Source of the DNA: Prorocentrum cordatum
Taxonomy: Eukaryota
Length of the DNA stretch: 54,581 nucleotides
Assembly (NCBI GenBank): GCA_963575745.1
Contig: CAUYUJ010000228.1
Location: 62,001 to 116,581 of the forward strand
Direction of reading: 5' to 3'
The notes under the pieces were generated by a model, which did not search any database, was not told the origin of the DNA, and was given only the letters and a program-made list of their open reading frames with translations. A program made the position numbers and the translations under genes. This document shows positions 9,697-19,810 of the stretch, piece after piece (the first letter of the stretch is position 1; the number at the start of each line of letters is the position of its first letter).

Positions 9697-11616
9697 ATGG
9701 GGCGCTCGCGCCGCCGCCGCGATGATAGCCGCAGTCGCTCCGGGCGCCGGCGCCGCCGCACCCCATTGCGGCGTCGCCCCAGCTCCACGTCATCTTGTAG
9801 TCCTACGCCACTGGCAGAGTCGGCGGTGGAGGCCCCATCGCCCGGCCGGGAGGGCGTCCCTGGCCCCCTCAGCCCGCACACGCCCCTGCAGCGCCCCCCC
9901 GGCGTCTGGGACCACCCCGAGTTCCCTGGCGTCAGCACCAAAGCTGTGGGCACGCCCCAGGCGCAGCCCGCCCTAGGCTTCTCCTCCCAGCTGGGGTCTC
10001 CAGTGCCACGGTCCCCGGCGACGCCAGTCAGGAGAGCCCGCCTGTCTCCGGCGCCTACCTCGCCTGGCCAGGCGCTCCACAGCTCGCCAGGTCCGCCGCT
10101 CCATAGCCCGCCAGGCTTGCCACCGGGCTGGGAGTCCAAGCGCGACCTCGCGGGCGCCCTTTTCTTCTTCAACCGGGCGACTAACGAGTCTCAGTGGGAG
10201 CACCCGGCGACGGCGCCGCCACCGCCGCCGCCGCCGCCGCCACCCCCGCCCTCGCGTGAGCCCGCCCACCCGAGCGCGCCCGCCAAGCCTGCCCCTGCCT
10301 CCACCCAGCCGGCTGTGGTGGCGCTGGCGCCGTCTCCCGCCAGCGTGGCGCCAGTCCTGGGGCCAGGCCCCCTGCCGCCTACCCCGGTCGCGGCCGCTGC
10401 CCCGGCCAACAGCGAGGCGTCCAGTGCTCTCAAGGCGGGTTCCCCCGTTCCTGGCCCGCTGGGCGCGTCCCGCGAGGAGGAGCTCAGGCAGATCAGGCTG
10501 GAGCTCGAGGCTCTCCAAACCGAGCGCGCCCAGTGGGACGAATTCACCTCATCTTCCACTGGGTTGAAGTTCTGGTTCCACGTGGCGTCGGGGACCATCG
10601 CGCCCACGTGCCCCCCAGAGCTCCTCCAGCGCGCGGCACGCAGCTCCGCCCTCAAGGCCAGGCTGGAGGCCTTGTCGTCGCCGGGGGCCGCGTCTGGCAC
10701 GCATGCGAGCCCATGCCTGGAGTCGGGTCCGGCTTCCCGTCCGGGCGGTTCCGCCGGAGCCGTCCCGCCTTTGGGCCATGCTTCGCCCTCCCCGGCTGCC
10801 CCTCATGGCTTGCTGCGTGAGGTGCCTGAGGAACCCGGCGTGCCCCCAGTCAGTGGTCCCTACTTTGCCGGTAGCCCTTCGGTCCCTGCCAGCCTCCCCA
10901 GCAGCAGCGGTCCAGCGGCATCCACCCCATCCTGGGCGGCTGGCCAGCCGCCGGGCCCCGGCGCGGCTGTGAGCGCGGCAGTATCGGCCCAGGTGCATGC
11001 TAACTCGGCTCCCGCCGCGTCCCCCGCGCCGTCTCTTGGCTTGCCCCCTGGCCCGCCGCTCCCTGCGAGTCTAGTTAGGTTCCACTCGCGTGCTGGACAC
11101 GAGGAGGCCGTGTCCAGCTGGCTCATGCGGCTGCGGCAGACAGTGGGGAACCATAAAGACCCGAGGCTGAAATTGACGGCTCAGTTTGCCTCCAACCTGA
11201 CTTCCCAGGTAGATTTGCACAACGTTGCGCAAGCCATGGGCATACAGATCGTCCAGGGGCCGCGCCGTGGTGCCAATGCTTACGCTGGCCCGCCCCCTTT
11301 CGCGGTGGCCAACGGCTGCCCAGCGCAGCCGAATCTCGACGTCACGACGGCGTTGAATCCCAAGCAGTCTTTGCAAATCCAGCTGCTGAACCGCCGGCTT
11401 GGGACCGTGATCGTTCGCGGTGGCCGGGCGGTTTTGGACACGTGGATTGAAGAATTGATCCTCTTCCTAGGGCCCGTGACCGATTTACAGTCGCCCGTCC
11501 CTCCGGCCTCATCCGCGCCCCTGCTCTGCGCGCCGGCCCCCAAGAGGTCGGCGCGGCAGATCTTGAGCGAGGCGGAAGCCGCCGACCAGGGTGGAGGCCC
11601 GCGGGCCTTCCAGTAA
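9697..11616 (+). CDS. Inner ORF1 (639 aa): RS-rich N-terminus, WW domain, Pro-rich linkers, short coiled coil, second WW-like motif
   Basis: First ATG (gcccATGg) in ORF 9457..11616. LPPGWESKRDLAGALFFFNRATNESQWEHP (~10117-10206) is a canonical WW. WDEFTSSSTGLKFWFHVASGTIAPTCP is a degenerate WW. Lies directly upstream of the APE-RT ORF. Confidence 0.75.
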   Translation: MGRSRRRRDDSRSRSGRRRRRTPLRRRPSSTSSCSPTPLAESAVEAPSPGREGVPGPLSPHTPLQRPPGVWDHPEFPGVSTKAVGTPQAQPALGFSSQLGSPVPRSPATPVRRARLSPAPTSPGQALHSSPGPPLHSPPGLPPGWESKRDLAGALFFFNRATNESQWEHPATAPPPPPPPPPPPPSREPAHPSAPAKPAPASTQPAVVALAPSPASVAPVLGPGPLPPTPVAAAAPANSEASSALKAGSPVPGPLGASREEELRQIRLELEALQTERAQWDEFTSSSTGLKFWFHVASGTIAPTCPPELLQRAARSSALKARLEALSSPGAASGTHASPCLESGPASRPGGSAGAVPPLGHASPSPAAPHGLLREVPEEPGVPPVSGPYFAGSPSVPASLPSSSGPAASTPSWAAGQPPGPGAAVSAAVSAQVHANSAPAASPAPSLGLPPGPPLPASLVRFHSRAGHEEAVSSWLMRLRQTVGNHKDPRLKLTAQFASNLTSQVDLHNVAQAMGIQIVQGPRRGANAYAGPPPFAVANGCPAQPNLDVTTALNPKQSLQIQLLNRRLGTVIVRGGRAVLDTWIEELILFLGPVTDLQSPVPPASSAPLLCAPAPKRSARQILSEAEAADQGGGPRAFQ

Positions 11617-12179
11617 GGGCGGGCTGCTGACTGCCTCCCGCTCGGCTTGCATTGGCGCCGTGTGAATTTTCGGCGGGACACCCCGCTACATGTCCTCTGT
11701 TTTTTCACAGCCACTGGAAGCCTTATGAACCGTATTGTTTGCAGCGTAGCGGTAAAACATGCGTGTCCAACACAGTGCCGCCACGTGCGTGTGTGCCCTT
11801 GTCTGGCGCGTGCGCCCTGCAGCCCGCGTTGCATGCTGACGTGCTCCTTGTTAGCGTGCGCGCGAGTATGGTCCTCCATGCAGTGTCTCGGCAGCTTTGC
11901 AATCAGGGAGTCCGTACGCGCATGACCGAGTTGGTTGATCAGTGTTGCAGTTGCTCTTGAGTTGTGCTTCGCAGTCCTTGACACGCACCGGCTCGCTGAT
12001 TGAGGCCGTCCTTGCCCCGTGTACGTGCGTGCAAGGTTTACCATGCATGCTGTCATCCTCTCTGCGCCCCGCCACGTCCTGCCCGTCTCGCTCCGCCCTC
12101 AGCCGTACAGCAGCCACGCGGCGAACCCGCCGTGCCGCCCGCGGGGGCGCTCGCCGCGCAGGGCGGGAAGTGTCCAGCC

Positions 12180-15100
12180 ATGGACTCCTGTGGGCCTGAA
12201 TGCCCCGCAAAACCTCTGCGTGACTTGATCTTGCGCTGGCTTGGCACGGAGAGCCGCGGCCTAGAAATGTGTGCGCTCGCCAAAGACTGCGATGCACTGC
12301 TAGCTACCTGCCCCTCCCTCCCGCCCCCTCTCTTGCTCTGCTGCAACGGGGCTGCCGCTCCGCTTGCGGCCCTGGTGTCCGCACTTTCGTCGCTGCTGCG
12401 CCGGGAGGTCGCGCCCTCGCTAGCGCGCGCGGGCTTGCGCCAGCAGCCCCGGCAAGTTGTCTCCCCGTACGCTGGGGGAATCCGGCTGGGGGATGCCGTC
12501 CCGTCGCGCCCCGCCGAGGGGCCCGAGCCCTGTAGCTCCGTCCGCCTGGAGGTGCTGAACCCCGGCCGCCTGGGCTTCCTGGCCCTGGGCACTGATGTGT
12601 TCTTGGAGTGGCGCCTCCACGCTGTCGCCCACGTTTTATCCGGGAGTGGCGCCGACATTTGCGTGCTTCCGGGTGCGCGCCTGCCTCCTGGGGCAGTTCT
12701 GCCGGCGGGCTTCCCGTTCTCGTGGCTGGGCCCACGATCGGTCTCTTGGGGCGCGGTCGGTATTTTTGTGCGCACCGAGATTGTCTCGCTCCTCCGCCCT
12801 CTCCCTGACTTGTCCTCTGACCGCGCTCAGTGGTTTGAGTTCTGGGGTGATGCTGCTCCCGGCGCGCCGACTCCTGGCCCGAGCTTTGTTTTCTGCGCGT
12901 GCTACCCCGCCCCGGGCGGCGATGTGGCGACGTGGTCGGCTATTGTTTCCTCCGTCACTGAGGTACGCGCGCGCCACCCGGGTGCGCGCGTCCTGATCTG
13001 TGGCGATGGTAACGTCCACCTGTCCTACGTCTTGCAGCATCCTCCTGGCTGTGCTTGCCTCCACTGCCGCCAGTCGGCGCAAGACCGCACCATCGAGGCT
13101 ATGATCACCGCCGCCGGCTTTGTGGCGTGCAACCCGCCAGTTGCCACGCATGACTCGGGCACGTGCATCGACCTGATCCTCGCCGAGCGCCACTGTCTCA
13201 TTCCTGTTACTGTCGCCCATGCGAGTGGTGTAGATTCGGACCATCGGTTGGTCTCGTGTTCGTTCCCGTGCGCCTTCCGCCCCCCACAGCTGTCAGGGCT
13301 GTGTCGCGTGACGTGGCGCACAGATGGCCAGTGGGACGATGTGCTGCTCGCCGTGGCGCCTGTCCTGGCGTACCTGGCTGACGCCGTCGAATCCCTCATT
13401 GCCTGTGAGTGGCTGCGCCCTCCGTGGAGCGGGGGGGGCGCCACTAAGAAGCAGCGCCGCGCTTTATTGGACGCGGCCGCTTGGGCGCGCGACGTGATTT
13501 ACGTGCTGGCTGGGTTCGCGGCGGGGGCGACTAAGGCGTCCGCGGCAGCCCCCGTGCGCCCGAGTAGGCCTCCGCTAGACCCCGACGCGTACGAATCGCA
13601 AGCTGCTTTTAAAAGGGCTGTTGCGCAAGCCGCGTGGGCCGAGCGCCACCTGGCGTTTAAGCGCTTCTCCGACCTCCGCACGGTCTCCCCTGGTTTGGCC
13701 GAGCGGTTTCTTTCGGAATTTTTTCGGTCGCGGAACCCCTTTGAAATTGCGTTGGCCGACCCGGTCGATGGGCACCCCCTCAGTGTGGAGGAGATGCTCG
13801 AGGCATTGCAGACTGACATGATGGACCGCGTGCGCAATGATTTCCCTTGTAACCCGGAGGAGCAGCGCGCGCAGGCCTGCGCGGTTTCGGCGATCCGGTC
13901 GGTTGGCGCTGGCCCTGCCTCTCCGGGCCTCGCCCTTTACTCGACCACTGAGGTGGATGCCGTCTTAGACAGCTTGAAGACCACCTCCTCCGCGCTCCGC
14001 GGGTGTTTCGCTTCTGTCCGGTCGGCGGTGCCAGAGGGCCGCAGGGTTACCCTAGCCCTCGCGAACCTTTCCCGGCAGTGCGCCATTACGAGCACCCTGT
14101 GGTCGAGCCGGCAGGTGACTCCCCTGCGCAAGTCGGGCCCCCGCGTCGTCCGCTCCACTTTGTGCTTGCGCCCGATTTCTATTTCGGCGGTCATGACGTC
14201 TGTCGTGGATGGCCTGTGGACGTTGCGCAACGCCCCGCTGTTACAGGCGTACTGCGGAGTGGCCCAACAGGGCGGAGTGGGTGACCCCCTCTCTCTCCTC
14301 CTGGCTCTTCTCCTTCATGCCCAACTCCGCTGTGCCCAGGGCCTGCCCACATATTGGGCGGTCACGGATCTTCAGTGGGCGTTTGATGTTGCCTCCCACC
14401 CCGCCATGCTCCTGAATGCCTACGAAGCAGGTGTCCGTGGCCATGATTGGCTTCTCCTTGACGATTTTATGTCGTCCGACAACCAGTACATTGCGCTTCG
14501 CGGCCACATCTCTTCTTTGTTTTCGCTTGGCGGCGGCACGGCGCAGGGCCGTAGGTTCAGCGTGGGTGTTTTCAACGCGCAGCTCAAGTGGCTGGCGGAG
14601 GAGGTGTATCGCGTGCTGCCTGGGAGCTGTGCTGCTTGGGTTGAGCCCCACCTGCGGCGTTTGTGCTTAGCGCTTCCTGTGCCTGATTCCCCTGCCGCGT
14701 GTGGGCCAGCGCCGCCAGCTGTTGGGGGCGACCTCGAAGCCTTGGCTGTCGAGGTGGCGTCGGCAGCTGCCGCGGAGCAGGCGCCCTTCCCGAGTGCCGT
14801 GCGCGCGATGATGCGCGGTGCCCTGCGGCTAGCTTCTGAGGCCGACAGGGCCTACTTGATGGACCGCCTGGGCACGGGCCTGTTGCCCCCACTGCAGTTT
14901 GTTGATGACCTCACGGTTGCCGCATCCTCGCCGGGGGCTCTCCGAGCTATCGTGTCGCGGGAGCCATGGTCAGCCTGCTCGCGGTACGCTAGCCGCACCC
15001 GGTCCATGTTTAATTACAAGACGGGGAAAACCGCGGCCATGGTGATCCTTGACAGCCCCCCGCCGGGGGACATCGGCTGCCCAGTGGTGGATACTAAGGC

Positions 15101-16178
15101 CCTGCTGGGGGTGCTCTTTGACTCCCGGCTCTCTTTCCGCCCCCTGCTTCGGGCTACGCTGGCCAAAGGTCATGAGCTGTTCGAGGCGCTGTTTTTCGCC
15201 GGCGGGTCTGGGGGCTTTGGTCTCCCAGTCCTGTGTGCCCAAGTGCCGTCGCGCGTGGAATCTGCCTTGCTCTACCCCTCCCCGTTCCTCTTCCTGGCCG
15301 AGCGGGCGCGTTTTTCACTCGATCATTTGCAAGCGTCCTGGGCACGGCGTTTGCTCGGATGCGCTATCGGCCCAGAATTGCCCGGCGCGGTTGTCGTAGC
15401 GCAGTGTGGGTGGCAGCTGCGCTTGGGCACTAAGATGCTTGAGCGTACGGTCCTCGCTCGCGCAAGGCTGCTCCTCCTGCCCGCCGAGCACCCGGGTGCC
15501 AGTATGCTGACAGTGGCCTCGGGCACGAGCTGCTCCACGTGGGCGAGCGCGGTCCGGGCGTGGATGTGCTCTCTGGACCCTCCCCTTCCTGACGTGGTAG
15601 AGTGGCCTTTCGCCGGACCTCCGGCGTGCGCCAAGGCGCGCGCTGATCCTGCAGCGCGTCGTCTGCTCCTCCGGAGCTACAAGTTTTATGTCGTCCGCCC
15701 TGCACTCCTTAAGCTGGATCTTCTCTCGTTCCAGCGGGCTACTGCAGATGCCCTGCCTGTCTTTCGTCTCCCGTTCTCGGCGTGGCTGTCCGGCCCGCCG
15801 GGAACGCACTGGAACCTTTTAGATTTGGCACTTGGCCCTGGCTCCTGGCTCCAGTTCCGCCTCTGGTCTGTGGTGCGAATGTCTGGATGCTGGCCTCTCC
15901 AAGTGCTGGGGGCCCCGCTCTGCGTTTCTACGCTGCCCCGTTGTGGGGCTTGTGGCGCGCGTGACGTAGATGTGTGGCATGCCCTCTTTTCCTGCTCAGC
16001 CTCGGCTGAACTTAGGTCCGCTCTGTGGTCTCGCCTCCCCTTGCCTCCTCCCTCCTGTCCTGCCCAGGTTTCTCAGTTTCTCTTCCACCAGTGCCGCCCG
16101 CCAGCGGAGCGCCGTGAGCATGTCCATTTTGTTGCCACGGCCGTGCTCTTGGCCATGACTGGTGCCATGCATCATTAG
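12180..16178 (+). CDS. Inner ORF2 (1332 aa): APE-type endonuclease, reverse transcriptase and C-terminal zinc-knuckle-like motif
   Basis: Uninterrupted ORF starting ccagccATGg. APE motifs: EVLN, CYPAP, ICGDGNVH, THDSGTCIDLI, SDHRLV. RT motifs: LRPISI, QQGG, DLQWAFD, AQGRRFS, QFVDD, LLGVLFD. C-terminus: CGACG...HALFSC. Confidence 0.93.
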   Translation: MDSCGPECPAKPLRDLILRWLGTESRGLEMCALAKDCDALLATCPSLPPPLLLCCNGAAAPLAALVSALSSLLRREVAPSLARAGLRQQPRQVVSPYAGGIRLGDAVPSRPAEGPEPCSSVRLEVLNPGRLGFLALGTDVFLEWRLHAVAHVLSGSGADICVLPGARLPPGAVLPAGFPFSWLGPRSVSWGAVGIFVRTEIVSLLRPLPDLSSDRAQWFEFWGDAAPGAPTPGPSFVFCACYPAPGGDVATWSAIVSSVTEVRARHPGARVLICGDGNVHLSYVLQHPPGCACLHCRQSAQDRTIEAMITAAGFVACNPPVATHDSGTCIDLILAERHCLIPVTVAHASGVDSDHRLVSCSFPCAFRPPQLSGLCRVTWRTDGQWDDVLLAVAPVLAYLADAVESLIACEWLRPPWSGGGATKKQRRALLDAAAWARDVIYVLAGFAAGATKASAAAPVRPSRPPLDPDAYESQAAFKRAVAQAAWAERHLAFKRFSDLRTVSPGLAERFLSEFFRSRNPFEIALADPVDGHPLSVEEMLEALQTDMMDRVRNDFPCNPEEQRAQACAVSAIRSVGAGPASPGLALYSTTEVDAVLDSLKTTSSALRGCFASVRSAVPEGRRVTLALANLSRQCAITSTLWSSRQVTPLRKSGPRVVRSTLCLRPISISAVMTSVVDGLWTLRNAPLLQAYCGVAQQGGVGDPLSLLLALLLHAQLRCAQGLPTYWAVTDLQWAFDVASHPAMLLNAYEAGVRGHDWLLLDDFMSSDNQYIALRGHISSLFSLGGGTAQGRRFSVGVFNAQLKWLAEEVYRVLPGSCAAWVEPHLRRLCLALPVPDSPAACGPAPPAVGGDLEALAVEVASAAAAEQAPFPSAVRAMMRGALRLASEADRAYLMDRLGTGLLPPLQFVDDLTVAASSPGALRAIVSREPWSACSRYASRTRSMFNYKTGKTAAMVILDSPPPGDIGCPVVDTKALLGVLFDSRLSFRPLLRATLAKGHELFEALFFAGGSGGFGLPVLCAQVPSRVESALLYPSPFLFLAERARFSLDHLQASWARRLLGCAIGPELPGAVVVAQCGWQLRLGTKMLERTVLARARLLLLPAEHPGASMLTVASGTSCSTWASAVRAWMCSLDPPLPDVVEWPFAGPPACAKARADPAARRLLLRSYKFYVVRPALLKLDLLSFQRATADALPVFRLPFSAWLSGPPGTHWNLLDLALGPGSWLQFRLWSVVRMSGCWPLQVLGAPLCVSTLPRCGACGARDVDVWHALFSCSASAELRSALWSRLPLPPPSCPAQVSQFLFHQCRPPAERREHVHFVATAVLLAMTGAMHH

Positions 16179-16409
16179 GCCCGGCCTGTTTGCGGGGCGC
16201 CCGGCGTGAGCCCCTGACCGGTGCTTGGGCAGGGGGGTGCCAGGCGTGGGTCGGCACCGTCGTGGCCTGCGCCCAGGGGGGGCGAGCGCGCAGGTCGACT
16301 GTGGTCCGCGTGCGCGCGGTGGCAAAATGCGGCTTGGATCCTCTGCTACCCGCGCCGCGTGCGCGCGCTTCCCACCGTGCCTGCTTGCCTGTCCTGCTTC
16401 TCCTCTGCG

Positions 16410-16770
16410 TTTTCTCTGCCTCACAGTGGTGATGCGGCCCCTGCGGCCCGGTCTGCGTGCAAAATCCTGCCTTACTGTTGTGGTCCCATCGCACATTCTA
16501 TCTTGTTGTATGCTTCCCAGCAGGTGTGTGAGGGTGTGCAGCTGCGTGCAAAAGTCCATGCGTTGTTCCTGCTTCACTGTCGTGATGCGGCCCTGCGGCC
16601 CGTACTGCGTGCAAGTGTCTGCCTCACTGTTGTGTTGCGGCCCCTGCGGCCCGTGTTACGTCCTTATTCCTGCCTCACAGTGGTGATGCGGCCCTTTGTG
16701 GTCCCAATGACCTCGTTTGATTTGACGGTATCGTCTCTCGCACATTCTATCTTGTTGTATGCTTCTCGGC
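16410..16770 (+). repeat. Short direct repeats in the inner 3' UTR
   Basis: About four diverged copies of ctgcctcacagtggtgatgcggccc; two copies of cgcacattctatcttgttgtatgcttc (~16490, ~16739). Confidence 0.8.
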
Positions 16771-16980
16771 TTGTGTGTGTGGGTGTGCTTCTCGGCTTGT
16801 GTGTGTGTGTGTGTGTGTGTGCAGTGCAACTATGCCACGACGTCCCTTTGCGATCGTTGGGTCTGACTTTCCGTTTGGAGGAGCACGCTTCCCGTCTGAC
16901 CTCTGGGGGGGGGGCTGTCGTCCAGTGCCCGCCTCTGTCAGGCAGATTTCGGCTGACCTGCGAGGGGGCTGTTGTCTCTG

Positions 16981-16984
16981 TCGT

Positions 16985-17050
<66 letters not shown>
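16981..17050 (+). repeat. (GTC)n microsatellite
   Basis: Direct reading. Confidence 0.95.
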
Positions 17051-17053
<3 letters not shown>

Positions 17054-17590
17054 CTCTCCGTCGTCTCGTTGGTTTTTGTGTTGTCCCTTGTCTCGTCGCC
17101 GCTCTTGCGTGGTATGCACTCGGAGAAGGGGAGCAGCGGTGCGATGTTGCATGCTTGTTGTCCTCTCATTGTATCCATCTGTTTGCATCATGTGGTGCCT
17201 GTTGTTTTGCTTGCACTTGTTGCTTCTCTTGCCCTGTTCTCTATCTGCTGGCCGCGCACGCGGGGCCGTCGCCCTAGCGTCTCCATTTGGCTGGGGGGGC
17301 CGCCCTCCTATTCGAGGGCAGGCGCCGTCGCCGAGGGGCGCCTTAGGGCGGGTGGGTCGGCGTGGGCTGCGAGCTCTCTTCTTTCTCAAGGGGAGCCTTA
17401 CGAAGGGCGGTGAAAGACCCGACCCTAGACGGAGGCACCCTGCGCTCCGCCTCGCCCACTTCTCTCTGGGGGGGGGTGAGCCGGCGCGCCGCGGGGGTCC
17501 GCGGACCGGGCGCGCGCGGCGAGGGCGCGCGGCGGGCGTCCGGCCTGTGGCCGCCGCAGCGGAGGCAAAAAAACAAAAAAAAAAAAAAAA

Positions 17591-19810
17591 GACGATCGAT
17601 TTGACCACGGTCCGATGTTGGCCCGTACACGAGAGACCCTGGTCGTCGATATACGCATCGAGGTCGAGCCTGGGGATGGAGGGGAGAGAATCGTATCCGC
17701 CCTGGAGAAAAAAACGAATGAACGTGGTGGCCATCGAGCACCCTGCGATAACCCCATCCAGGCAGAAGTAGGGGCCTTCCAGCCACCCTCCTAGACAGAG
17801 GAAGCGCCAACACCTGTAGGCATAAATGCAAAGACGGGCAATCGCAAGAGGGAATCCATGTTTCATGCAACGGGCCTCGAGCTCTTCCAGACTGATGTCC
17901 CCATAGAACTTGCGCAGGTCGAAGAGAACAGAACATGAGGACTCCCCGATGGCAAGGCCCGTCTCGGCGGTGACAGCTTGACGCCAAACCACATCGGCAG
18001 CTCCGCGAAACCTGCCAGCAGCCCAGTACCGTTTGGGGTGTTCTTGCCCCCAGTTCAAGGCAAAGTGCCGCCGACAGCGACACCAAACCCTGTACCAGGA
18101 GCAGAACACCCCAACCGGCCTGTATCCACCAGTAGGCTTCGGCAGAAGCGCCAAGGTGACGACAGAGATCTGCGGAGGAAGGCAGCCTAGCGCTTCCATG
18201 GCCGAAACAATGGCGCTGAGGCAATCGAGAGCAGCATCTGGCAACAAAGAGAAATGCTTGCAGTGAAATCCGTCCACGGCCACAGCCGAAGAATCTTTGT
18301 AGGACTTAGAGATAGCACGGATTTCGCTGGCCGTGGGTCGGGGAAGAGGCTCGACGACCTGACCATCAAACTCTGCCCCTCGACCCTCGCCCCATATGCT
18401 GCTGAACCTCCCTCCCCCCGCCTTGAGCAGGGAGAGAGGATCACTGACGACGCGCCCAGCAGCAGAGAGAGCAGAAGAAGGGACCCACGAGACAGGATCT
18501 TTAATGCACTGGTGAACCCTTGTAGCCCCTTGGTTGGTGCCAACATGCAGCCAAGCATCCCAGTCTGATCGGCACTTGGCGGCGTACTTGGAGCTGGCGG
18601 CCTTGACGGCCTCGTGAACCTGAGTGTGCAGATCAGCGAGCGACCCCACATCCCCGCCAGAGCCAATGGCGGAGACCTCCCGAGCCGCTCGCTTGAACAG
18701 CGGCTCGTAGTCTTCCACCGCGGCCGTGATGCTGGGCGGGGGCCCCACCACCACGCAACTGAGCCTGGCAGCAGTGGCAGCAGCGCCTCCGCGCCGAGCG
18801 TGCATGAAGGCGCGAAGCTGTTGCCCGAGCCAACCGATCGCGCGATGACCAGGATAACGCACCTTACCATCCTGGCCCAAGATAGGTTTCCACACAAGTT
18901 GAGGACCCAAGCCCCTGGAGCCAAGCTTGGGGGGGGGGGGGGAACACCCACCAGGGGAATAAGGTCACGTTCAGCGTGGTCGGCCCACTTCCTGTAAAGA
19001 GGGCCCAGAAGACGTTTGGCCCCCTGACCGTCTCCATTCTGAAGACGACATTCAGCCTCGGACGCCAGCGCAAGTTCCCCAGCCCAACAACTTTCTCTGG
19101 GGGCAGGGCCGAACACCACCTGACACGGCAGGGGGGGGGGCTTCCTGAACGAGAGAGCGTGAAGCACCGCCAGCTTGGGGTGGAACACCAACTGGGCGGG
19201 CCTGTGGGGGGAGAGCTCCGTATCCAATCTCGTATCGACCGACTTGAGACCCTTCGCCAGACCGCCCGAACAAACGAAGTAGTCGAACGTCGTGGGAGGG
19301 CCCACAGGATAGTGCGTCGCGACAACGGGGAAGATGGGGGAAGCCCTCAACTCAGACACAAAACTGGAAGACTCGAGCTCAGCAGGCTCCAGATTAAAGT
19401 CGGCACCGAGCACCCACGGCTGGCCCACAGCCGAAAGCTGCTCACCGAGCCTCGCGAGCAGAGACAGATTATCATCGCTGAGGCCTTCGAGTGGTGAAGG
19501 TAGGCAGAGGCAACCAGGATGGGGGGAGCCCCAGGGAGGTGCGCAGAACACGCGATGCATCGCCCAGGCGTCGTGATGGCATCCTCGACTTCCAGAAGCC
19601 CCATCCAAGAGCGCACGAAAATGGAGGGGCCCAAACCGACTTCCATTCATGCCTTATGCACCAAGCACTGGCCTGCTCGATGTCCCCTTTGGAAACCAGA
19701 CGGTGCTCCCGACCGAGCACAAAGTGGACAGAGCAATCTTCGAGCAAACCCTTCAACGTACCCCACGGGTTGGCGTTAATGGTCTGAATCGTGAGTGGCA
19801 CCAAACTGTC
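17591..19810 (-). pseudogene. Outer ORF2, 5' part: APE endonuclease and RT through the YIDD motif (several frameshifts)
   Basis: APE pieces in three frames: TIQTINAN, LGREHRL, VASAYL, LGADFN, TFDYFV, SPHRP. RT motifs: DGFH, LLPKPTGGYRPVG, FDLRKFY, GVIAGCSMA, AYIDD. One frameshift coincides with the G-run at ~18929-18942. Confidence 0.88.

Larger units (their letters stand above)
7261..17590 (+). mobile_element. Inner 10.3-kb retroposed unit: SL, ORF0, WW-domain ORF1, APE-RT ORF2, poly(A)
   Basis: Starts at the first SL base and ends in A7-C-A16 (17567-17590). Both flanks are consecutive parts of the outer RT. Flanking hexamers are AACGAT and GACGAT. Confidence 0.8.

Noticed and set aside
17385..17430. 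Hammerhead ribozyme in the 3' UTR
   Set aside because: GAAA and stems are present but the CUGANGA core is missing.
16221..17771. 516-aa ORF after ORF2
   Set aside because: It has a non-ATG start and reads through UTR repeats, the poly(A) and the antisense outer RT.
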